The notes under the pieces: model-generated
What the model was told of the DNA's origin: nothing
The model's input: only the letters and a program-made list of their open reading frames with translations
Databases searched by the model: none
Assembly (NCBI RefSeq): GCF_026210795.1
Contig: NC_089430.1
Coordinates: 2,170,001 to 2,234,000, forward strand
Length of the DNA stretch: 64,000 nucleotides
Reading direction: 5' to 3'
Source: Rhizophagus irregularis
Lineage: Eukaryota
Shown: positions 1 through 11,119 of the stretch, one piece after another
Layout: every line of letters starts with the position of its first letter
Numbering within the stretch: the stretch's first letter is position 1
Program-made: the position numbers and the translations under genes

Positions 1-3000
1 ATTTTATGGAATAACTTGGGATTCAGAAATAAAAAATTATATGATGGTTTTGAATAATAAATGTAAAGAGTGTAATAAAATGTGTAATTCAATATACTTT
101 CGACAAAATTTTGAAAATTGGACTAGTAGTAATGATAATATCGATAAATCTATTCAAAATACACAGTTATTAGCTCATAAAGATGTAAGAATAGCATTAG
201 AATGGATACCTTATGATAGATTGTATAATATTAAATATATTTCAAAAGATGAGTTTGGTAAAATATATAGAGCAAATTGGACTGATGGATATATAAGATA
301 TGATAAAAGTTATGAAAGTTGGAATAATAATAATCAAAATTGGATAAGAGAAGGATGCAATATGTTTGTGAATTTGAAGAGTTTAAATACTCCAAATATT
401 CTTACATTAGAATTTATAAATAAGGTATAAGTTAATTACATAACAAAATTATAAATATTTTATTTTCTAATATATTATTACATTTGTAGATTAAAATTGA
501 ACATGAATTTTATGGTATAACTTGGGATTCAGAAATAAAAAATTATATGATGGTTTTGAATAATAAATGTAAAGAGTGTAATAAAATATGTAATTCAATG
601 TACTTTCAACAAAATTTTGAAAATTGGACTAGTGGTAATGATAATATCGATAAATCTATTCAAAATACACAGTTATTAGCTCATAAGGATGTAAGATTAG
701 CATTAGAATGGATACCTTATAATAAATTGTATAATATAAAATATATTTCAAAAGATGAGTTTGGTAAAATATATAGAGCAAATTGGACTGATGGATATAT
801 TTGGTATTGGGTTAATAAAAATCCAAATTGGATAAGAGAAGGATGCAATATGTTTGTGAATTTGAAGAGTCTAAATACTCAAAATATTCTTACATTGGAA
901 TTTATAAATAAGGTATAAGTTTAAGTTAATTTGTACATAACAAAATTATAAATATTTTATTTTTTTAATATATTATTACATTTGTAGATTAAAATTGAAC
1001 ATGAATTTTATGGAATAACTTGGGATTCAGAAATAAAAAATTATATGATGGTTTTGAATAATAAATGTAAAGAGTGTAATAAAATGTGTAATTCAATATA
1101 CTTTCAACAAAATTTTGAAAATTGGACTAGTGGTAATGATAATATCGATAAATCTATTCAAAATACACAGCTATTAGCTCATAAAGATGTAAGAGTAACA
1201 TTAGAATGGATACCTTATGATAGATTGTATAATATTAAATATATTTCAAAAGATGAGTTTGGTAAAATATATAGAGCAAATTGGACTGATGGATATATAA
1301 GATATTATGAAAGTTATGGAAGTTATCAAAGTTGGAATAATAAAAATCAAAATTGGATAAGAGAAGGATGCAATATGTTTGTGAATTTGAAGAGTTTAAA
1401 TACTCCAAATATTCTTACATTGGAATTTATAAATAAGGTATAAGTTAATTACATAACAAAATTATAAATATTTTATTTTCTAATATATTATTACATTTGT
1501 AGATTAAAATTGAACATGAATTTTATGGAATAACTTGGGATTCAGAAATAAAAAATTATATGATGGTTTTGAATAATAAATGTAAAGAGTGTAATAAAAT
1601 GTGTAATTCAATGTACTTTCAACAAAATTTTGAAAATTGGACTAGTGGTAATGATAATATCGATAAATCTATTCAAAATACACAGTTATTAGCTCATGAA
1701 GAGGTAAGTGTAGCATTAGAATGGATACCTTATAATAGATTGTATAATATTAAATATATTTCAAAAGATGAGTTTGGTAAAATATATAGAGCAAATTGGA
1801 CTGATGGATATATAATATATGATAAAAGTTATGAAAGTTGGAATAATAAAAATCAAAATTGGATAAGAGAAGGATGCAATATGTTTGTGAAATTGAAGAG
1901 TTTAAATACTCCAAATATTCTTACATTGGAATTTATAAATAAGGTATGAGTTTAAGTTAATTACATAACAAAATTATAAATATTTTATTTTTCTAATATA
2001 TTATTACATTTGTAGATTAAAATTGAACATGAATTTTATGGAATAACTTGGGATTCAGAAGCAAAAAATTATATGATGGTGTTGAATAATAAATGTAAAG
2101 AGTGCAATAAAATATGTAATTCAATTCGCTTTCAACATAGATTTATAGACTGGACTAGTGGAAATGATAATATTGATGAATTTATTAAAGATACTCAGAT
2201 ATCAGCTCATAAAGATGTAAAGGAAGCATCAGAATGGATACCTTATGATAGATTATATAATATTGAATATATTGCAAAAGATGAAGTATATAGGGCAAAT
2301 TGGATTGATGGAAATATAAATTATTTTAATTATAGTGGAAGTTGGAATAATGAAAATCAAAATTTGGTAAAAAAGGATAAAAATATATATGTATTACTGA
2401 AAGTTATAGATTATTCAAAAAGTATTACATCTGTACTTATGAAAGAGGTATTATAAATTTTTTATTTGATAATATAATTATAAAATTTTAAATGTTTTAT
2501 TAATAAAATATTTATTTATAGATTAATAAACTTTTTGGAATTACTTGGGATCCAGAAACAAAAAATTATATGATGGTTTTAAATAATAAATGTAAAAAGT
2601 GCAATAAAATATGTAATTCAATTTTCTTTCAACAGAAATTCATAGATTGGACTAGTGAAAATGATGATATTGATAAATTTATTCAAAATACTCAGTTATC
2701 AGCTCATGAGAATGTAAGGGAAGCATTAGAATGGATACCTTATAATACATTTCATGATATTAAATATATTGCAAAAGATGAATTTGGTAAAATTTATAGA
2801 GCAAATCGGACTGATGGATATATTTGGTATTGGGATAATAAAAATCAAAATTGGATAAGAGAAGGATGCAATATGTTTGTGAATTTGAAGAGTTTAAATA
2901 CTCCAAATATTCTTACATTAGAATTTATAAATAAGGTATAATTTTCAGTTAATTACATAACAAAATTATAAATATTTTACTTTTTAAATATATTATTACA

Positions 3001-6000
3001 TTTGTAGATTAAAATTGAACATGAATTTTATGGAATTACTTGGGATCCAGAAACAAAAAATTATATGATGGTTTTAAATAATAAATGTAAAAAGTGCAAT
3101 AAAATATGTAATTCAATTTTCTTTCAAAAGAAATTCAAAGATTGGACTAGTGAAAATGATGATATTGATAAATTTATTCAAAATACTCAGTTATCAGCTC
3201 ATGAGGATGTAAGGGAAGCATTAGAATGGATACCTTATAATAGATTTCATGATATTAAATATATTGCAAAAGATGAATTTGGTAAAATTTATAGAGCAAA
3301 TCGGACTGATGGATATATTTGGTATTGGGATAATAAAAATCAAAATTGGATAAGAGAAGGATGCAATATGTTTGTGAATTTGAAGAGTTTAAATACTCCA
3401 AATATTCTTACATTAGAATTTATAAATAAGGTATAATTTTCAGTTAATTACATAACAAAATTATAAATATTTTACTTTTTAAATATATTATTACATTTGT
3501 AGATTAAAATTGAACATGAATTTTATGGAATTACTTGGGATCCAGAAACAAAAAATTATATGATGGTTTTAAATAATAGATGTAAAAAGTGCAATAAAAT
3601 ATGTAATTCAATTCGCTTTCAACAGAAATTCATAGATTGGACTAGTGGAAATGATGATATTGATAAATTTATTCAAAATACTCAGTTATCAGCTCATGAA
3701 GATGTAAGGGAAGCATTAGAATGGATACCTTATAATAGATTTCATGATATTAAATATATTGCAAAAGATGAATTTGGTAAAATTTATAGAGCAAATCGGA
3801 CTGATGGATATATTTTATATTGGGATAATAAAAATCAAAATTGGATAAGAGAAGGATGCAATATGTTTGTAAATTTGAAGAGTTTAAATACTCCAAATAT
3901 TCTTACATTAGAATTTATAAATAAGGTATAATTTTCAGTTAATTAGTACATAACAAAATTATAAATATTTTACTTTTTTTAATATATTATTACATTTGTA
4001 GATTAAAATTGAACATGAACTTTATGGAATAACTTGGGGTTCAGAAACAAAAAATTATATGATTGTTTTGAATAATAAATGTAAAGAGTGCAATAAAATA
4101 TGTAATTCAATTCGCTTTCAACAGAAATTCCTAGATTGGACTAGTGGAAATGATGATATTGATAAATTTATTCAAAATACTCAGTTATCAGCTCATAAAG
4201 ATGTAAAGGAAGCATTGGAATGGATACCTTATGATAGATTTTATGATATTGAATATATTGCAAAAGGTGGGTTTGGCAAGGTATACAGAGCATATTTAAA
4301 TGATGGATTTATAACTGATTGGGATGATTTAAATAAAAACTGGAAAAGAATTAGCAATGATATATTGGTAGCTCTGAAAAGTTTGGATAATTCAAAAAAT
4401 ATTGCATCAGAATTTATTAATGAGGTATTACCTGATTAATTTAATTTATTATTTATGGTCATAAAATTTAAATTATTAGTTTTACTAAAATATTTATAAT
4501 ATTACATACACATAGATTATATTACATAATAAGGTAGGAATGGAAAATTTTGCGATTGTTGGATTTTATGGGATAACACAAGATCCAAAAACGAAAAATT
4601 ATATAATGGTTTTAGATTATGCAGAAGATGGAAGTTTACGAAATTATTTAGATAAAGAATATAAAAAGCTTACTTGGAATAAAAAGTTCGATTATTTACG
4701 ACATATTACAAATGGACTTGAATGTATTCATGAAAAGGAATTAATTCATCGAGATTTGCATATTGGAAATATATTAAAGTTTAAATATAAAACTGCTATA
4801 ACTGATATGGGACTATGTAAACCTGCAAATTATAATGCATTAGAAAACGTAAAAAACAACATATATGGTGTTTTGCCTTATATAGCCCCTGAAATTTTAA
4901 GAGGAAAAAATTATACCAAAGCTGCTGATATTTATAGTTTTGGTATAATAATGTATGAAGTGATTTCTGGATTACCTCCATATTATGATTTAGGCCATGA
5001 TAAAAATTTGGCAATAAAAATTTGCCAAGGTCTAAGACCGAGATTTAATATTAAAGTACCACAGTTAATTGTACATTTAATTAAAAGGTGCTTAGATGCC
5101 AATCCATCAGAACGGCCAATAACAAAAGAAATAAATAATATTTTACGAAGATGGCAAAATGGATCAAATGAAGAGTTACAAACACAAATTAAGGAAGCAG
5201 ATGAAATAAATGAAAATTCATTAAATAGCATTATACCTTCATCTGATTTAGGGATATCATATAATACGCATTCAGAAGCTATTTATACAAGTAGGTTACT
5301 CGATTTTAATAATCTACCTAAACCAAAAAATTCCGATGATTATTATGAACAAAATGATAACATAATAAGCAAGGAATATTCAGGTATTAATTAAGTATTT
5401 GTTAACTGTTACTTTTTAAATATAATTAGAAGTATGATTACAATAATAATAATCTTCAATTTATTAAATAGAATCTTTACAACTTAACTTTTCTCAATTG
5501 AATATTAATACGAGCGGTAAATAACTTACTTATGTAATGACTTTAATATACAAAATACTAACAATAAAGATCAATTCATTAAATAGAATCTTTGCAAATC
5601 AACATTTCTCAATTAAATATTAATGAAAATGGTAAATATTCCACTTATAACATCAAAAATATTTATAAAATACTAATAACAAAGTTTCAATTTATTAAAT
5701 AGAATCTTGTCAAATCAATATTTCTCAATTGAATATTAACGATAATGGTAAATATTACACTTATACTGTAACTTTAAAAATATTAGTTTATAATACTAAC
5801 AATAAAGTTTCAATAGAATCTTGTCAAATCAATATTTCTCAGTTGAATATTAATGAGAATGGTAAATATTACACTTATAACTTTAAAAATATTAGTTTAT
5901 AAATACTAAAAATAAGTCTTAATTTATTAAATAGAACCTTCATAAATCAATATTTATCGATTGTACGATAATGAAGATAGTAAATATTAATTTCTGCATA

Positions 6001-6148
6001 ATAACTTCATGTTTTTTTCGTTCGTAATTAATATAATCTTTTTTTTTTCTTAGGTCAAAATAGCGAATCAGGAAGCAAAAGAAAAAATTATTTCTTAAGT
6101 CAAAATAACGAATCTGAGAGTGAAAGAAAAAAAACTAAAATAGAATAA
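1..6148 (+). CDS. Multi-exon TKL-type protein kinase with at least 9 tandem N-lobe repeats; 5' end lies outside the window. Exons: <1-424, 490-912, 988-1437, 1503-1943, 2016-2447, 2522-2935, 3008-3430, 3503-3925, 4002-4424, catalytic exon 4516-5383, 45-nt microexons 5472-5516, 5587-5631, 5703-5747, 5817-5861, (5935-5979 carries a stop), last exon 6054-6148
   Basis: Each repeat ends AAG/GAG|GTAT and the next starts after TAG. All complete repeat exons are multiples of 3 (414-450 nt). The last repeat has IAKGGFGKVY...VALKSL...EFINE. The catalytic exon has HRDLHIGN, DMG, APE and DIYSFG and is in frame from acceptor 4515. Confidence 0.85.
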
Positions 6149-7386
6149 AATTATAATTATATATATCCTTTTTAGTTTTTTTGCTGCCGTTGCCGAGTTT
6201 AATTATAAAATTATTATTATTTTTTTTTAAAAAAAAAATTTGCCATTATGATTTAAAATTCTGCATAACATCGGCTTTCTTAAAATCCAGGGAGATAGAT
6301 AATCAACTAATTTTTTTTTTTTGCTTTTTTATAATTATTTGAATTGCAAAATTTTTTTTTATAAAAATTATGTTAGGTAGAATTTTAAATCATAATGACT
6401 TCATATTTAATTATATATAGATTTGTATTCATTGATTAAATAAATAACAATTTAAATTTTGAAAATATAAAGAATAAAATTATTTGGAATGAATATAATT
6501 CGGATTTTAATGCAAAAAAAGATTTATTATTGTAAATTTAAAAATTAACTTGCTGATATTTTACAATTGGAATATTTATTAACATTTGGTGCCTATTAAC
6601 TTACATGCTTGTAGACTTAATACTATTACATTGGTTTGAAAGTTCTTTAGAAACTGCTGCTCTTAAAATAATATATAATGTGAAATGATGACATTAATTG
6701 ATTAAATTTGAAGATAAACCAGCATATGTTTAAATGATAACAGATAAAATTGGTATAATTACAGCGATTAATGTAAGTTTTGTATACCATAATTAATGAA
6801 TATATAGAAAGTAAGTAATGGAAATTGACAAAGTAAGTAACGTAAAGTCACATGATCTATTACGTTACTTCTCTTATATAAGGTACGGAAGGACGGAAGG
6901 TAAATTTTGGCGGATGATAGGTTATATGTTGAACATTCTTTCTTTGTATCGAACTATGTTCTTTTGATGATCTTGCCAACTTCACATAAAATAAAATAAA
7001 ATAAAATAAACGGAAGGTAAATTTTTTTGGTAAATATTTTACGTTACTCCTTATATTTGCCACATGATCACATCATGTTTATTTATTTATCGAATCTCAT
7101 TTTCAGTATAGATTCATTTCCTTGGTTCCTTCCAGTTTTGCAATTAAGGTTCAGTTGTTTTAGTTGTTTTTCACTTTACGTTTCATTTCTTACTCATTTT
7201 TTTATTTTGTTTATTTTGTTTCTGTTTCATATTTCGTTTTTCACTAATTTTATTTCATTTTTTTTTAGATATTTTAGTTCTTTCAGTTCTAAAGGTATGT
7301 TTTTTTTTATTTTTTATTTAATTTTTTTTATTTCGTTTTTATCTTATATTTCGTTTCTTACTTTATGGTTTATTTTTTACTTGGTT

Positions 7387-7763
7387 TAGTGCTTCTAACG
7401 GAATGGGTCAACCTGGGTCATGTGACCTGATCTGACTTCAGATTTAATAATTTTTATGACCCGGTGACCCACATGACCTGACCCGATTGACCCGAGTTAT
7501 TGAACAAATACTAATTAATTATAATAAATGAATGATAACAAAGCTTCATAATATTACAAATCTATTAAATCTATTATAATTTCATTAAGGTTTCATTATA
7601 ATGCCAAAAATATGGTGTCGCTCATTTTTTTTTCCTTTGAAAATTCGGGTTTAGATCCAGGATATCCGGTTGAACGGTTGGGTTTAGAATCAAGACTTTT
7701 TCACTTTGGTCGGGTTGGGTATATCTTCAAAACCTGACCCGACTTGATCCGTTAGGAGCACTA
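7387..7763. mobile_element. hAT-superfamily MITE, 377 bp
   Basis: TIRs TAGTGCTTCTAACGGA / TCCGTTAGGAGCACTA, a perfect 8-bp TSD ACTTGGTT (7379-7386 and 7764-7771), and subterminal TGACCC-type repeats. Confidence 0.85.
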
Positions 7764-7934
7764 ACTTGGTTTCCTATCATTATCCAACTTCCTATCATGA
7801 TCATTTTTTTTATTTTTTGTCTCATTATTTTTCATCTCATATTACTTCTCATTATTCGTCTCCCATTATTTCTATTACATTTTTTCATTTTCCATTATTT
7901 TTTTTTTCTCTCCTGTTTACTTCCCATCATTTTT

Positions 7935-9070
7935 TTTGTCTCTCATCACTTCCTTTCGTTTCCCATCACTCCTTTTTGTCTCCCATCACTTCGTTTTGTC
8001 TCTCATCACTCCTTTTTGTTTCTCAACATTTCTTTTTGTCTCTCATCACTTCCTTTCGTCTCCCATCACTCCTCTTTGTCTCTCATCACACCTTTTCGTC
8101 TCCCATCACTCCTCTTTGTCTCTCATCACACCTTTTTGTCTCTCATCATTTCTTTTTGTCTCTCATCATTTCTTTTTGTCTCTCATCATTTCTTTTTGTC
8201 TCTCATCATTTCTTTTTGTCTCTCATCATTTCTTTTTGTCTCTCATCATTTCTTTTTGTCTCTCATCATTTCTTTTTGTCTCTCATCATTTCTTTTTGTC
8301 TCTCATCATTTCTTTTTGTCTCTCATCATTTCTTTTTGTCTCTCATCATTTCTTTTTGTCTCTCATCATTTCTTTTTGTCTCTCATCATTTCTTTTTGTC
8401 TCTCATCATTTCTTTTTGTCTCTCATCATTTCTTTTTGTCTCTCATCATTTCTTTTTGTCTCTCATCATTTCTTTTTGTCTCTCATCATTTCTTTTTGTC
8501 TCTCATCATTTCTTTTTGTCTCTCATCATTTCTTTTTGTCTCTCATCATTTCTTTTTGTCTCTCATCATTTCTTTTTGTCTCTCATCATTTCTTTTTGTC
8601 TCTCATCATTTCTTTTTGTCTCTCATCATTTCTTTTTGTCTCTCATCATTTCTTTTTGTCTCTCATCATTTCTTTTTGTCTCTCATCATTTCTTTTTGTC
8701 TCTCATCATTTCTTTTTGTCTCTCATCATTTCTTTTTGTCTCTCATCATTTCTTTTTGTCTCTCATCATTTCTTTTTGTCTCTCATCATTTCTTTTTGTC
8801 TCTCATCATTTCTTTTTGTCTCTCATCATTTCTTTTTGTCTCTCATCATTTCTTTTCGTCTCTCATCACTCTCCTCTGTCTCCCATCACTTCTTTTCGTC
8901 TCCCATCACTCCTCTTCGTCTCCTATCACTTCTTTTTGTCTCTCATCATTTCTTTTTGTCTCTCATCACTTCCTTTCGTCTCTCATCACTCTCCTCTGTC
9001 TCCCATCACTTCTTTTCGTCTCCCATCACTCCTCTTCGTCTCCTATCACTTCTTTTTGTCTCCCATCATG
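7935..9070. repeat. 20-bp minisatellite (TCTCATCATTTCTTTTTGTC)n
   Basis: About 35 perfect copies at roughly 8141-8855, flanked on both sides by diverged copies. Confidence 0.97.
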
Positions 9071-10756
9071 TCCTATTTCTCCTTTTTGTTTCCTATTACT
9101 TCTAATTGCTCTTTTTTACTCCCTTTCATCTTCTATTACTTTTCATTATTCCATTGTTATTTCATTTTTTTATTAGCATCTTTCTCCTTGATCATTATAA
9201 TTTACTTATCTTTTTTATTTATTGTTATTGTTTTTTTTAATTGTATCACTTCATGGTGATTTTTTCTTTAAAATCGAAAATGTGTGAATTAAATTTTAAT
9301 ATTTGCAAATAAAATTTCATTAATAAGATTATTTTGAATTAAATATATTTGCAAAAATTTTTTTTTTAAAAAATATCTTTGCAATAAAATTTTAAGTTTA
9401 ACAGATCAAAAATTAGCTAAGTTAAAACAATCAGCCATCAGCCGATTAATAAATTTACTCTATATATTGTGCATCATGTGACAATTGTGACATACTTGAA
9501 AAACCCAGGTGATGATTGCCCGGGTGACGTTTAGCAATCCCCTTATATCATTTTCTGTACCTTATATAAGGGGAGTAACGTAAAGTAAATATAATTGACT
9601 TTACGTTCCGTGCCTTATATAAGGGAAGTAACGTAAATTGTATCGTATGTACACGCTGTAAAATAGTAATAACCTTTCTTTTTCCCATTTTTAATAAGAA
9701 AATATTGAAAAAATGAAAAGATTTAATGTGAAACTATTGTACAAAAGCTATTTTTGTAGTGCATAATGGACATTTACTACTATCAATCGATCTAATTACT
9801 GTAAATCACTGACCCTTTTTTACTCTTTATTAAAAAGAAAGATACTGCAATTCTAAGTGATAAATAATATAAAAGTATCTTGTAGTAAATTTTTATATTA
9901 AAACTAATTCAACCAAGACAGTAAAATCCTCAGTTTTCTCTATATTTTAGCAGTAATAAAGGATGTAATATATATCACTCACTCTGTTATGCATTAAAAA
10001 TAAATTAGATTTCATTATTTGCTTCAAGATATTTTAACCTTTTAATCATCATCACCTTGTCGAATAGGCAAAATAATCATGTAAATCTTACTTTTTTTGG
10101 ACAATTTTGATAATGTTGGCCAGAATTTTATTTCCTGTTTTAATAACTGACTGACACTATAATAATTCTTGCCTTGAAAAAATGTGTACAGCCAATAATA
10201 AATCTTTTTTTGGTTGGACTTTACTTATTTTAATATTTTTCGGAAGACCCAATATATCTCCATTTATTTTAATTTTAGTTTCATTTTTGTCTATTTTAAT
10301 ATTTTTATTTGTACTTGGTTTGCCTAATCACTTTTAATTACTATACCCAAAATATTTTTGAGCTTGATAAGATTAAATGATTCAGTTCATTTTGATGGAA
10401 ATGGAATTATGCTTTCTTTTACTCTTACCATAAGTTTTCTGTGAACAACAAGATAATAAAATATAGTTAGTATAAAATCTTCAGGTATTTATTAAGATAA
10501 AAGCATTTGAATTAATAGTATAAAAACTAATAATAAGACTTGATCTAATAAATAGCATCTTTATCTTTACAAATAAAAATTAATTATGTAAATTTAACTT
10601 AATTATAATAATCCTGCTTTTTATACATGATTGATGGATTTTGTTTTTATTTATTCATTTATTTTTATTTATTTTATTTTTAAATAGATAACAAATCTAA
10701 AAGTAAAATCTAGAATAAAATCATATTTAACATTAGGCAATTTCTATTTGAACACG

Positions 10757-11119
10757 GGTGTTTGAACCCGGGTCATGTAATTATTGACATTTTGACTAAT
10801 AGTATAAACTTCAAAATTAGTATATAAATGGATTTTTGCCTGCTCTACAAGTTTACCTAAGGTATCAAAGGTGCTTTTAAATGTCAGTTTTGACTTTACC
10901 TATGAATAATTGATTTTGCCGATCGTTCTTAAAAAAAATTTAGGAAATGATTGGCAAAGACAGTTTTTCATATATAAGTCAAAAACGGCATTCAAAATCC
11001 CCTTTGATGCCTTAAGTAAACTTGCAGAGCAGTCAAAAATACATATATATTACATAGAAAAAGTAAAAGGATGTGACATTGGTGTCATTATTTCACATAA
11101 CCCATGTTCAAACACCCCG
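10757..11119. mobile_element. Foldback/MITE-like element
   Basis: Terminal CGGGTGTTTGAAC / GTTCAAACACCCCG, plus internal inverted arms at about 10833-10897 and 10976-11040. Confidence 0.55.

Larger units (their letters stand above)
6860..9636. mobile_element. Non-autonomous TIR DNA element (TA-flanked) containing a hAT MITE and a minisatellite
   Basis: TTACGTTACTTCTCTTATATAAGGTACGGAA (6860-6890) is an imperfect inverted repeat of 9606-9636 and of 9553-9583. A partial left copy lies at about 7039. Confidence 0.6.

Noticed and set aside
41..4439. Nine separate genes of about 125 aa, as suggested by the ORF track (likewise 42732-49524)
   Set aside because: The frames are open upstream of the Met back to AG acceptors, and the stops lie at or just past GT donors. 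They are exons of one gene.
4796..5231. Antisense ORFs within the kinase exon (also 16898-17116, 29969-30157, 43185-43382, 48621-48824)
   Set aside because: They are shadows of real coding sequence on the opposite strand.
7935..9070. CRISPR array or telomeric repeat
   Set aside because: There are no unique spacers, the context is eukaryotic, and the unit is not TTAGGG-like.
7766..9259. Long ORFs of 389-497 aa in three frames
   Set aside because: They result from a stop-free 20-bp minisatellite and have no protein-like complexity.
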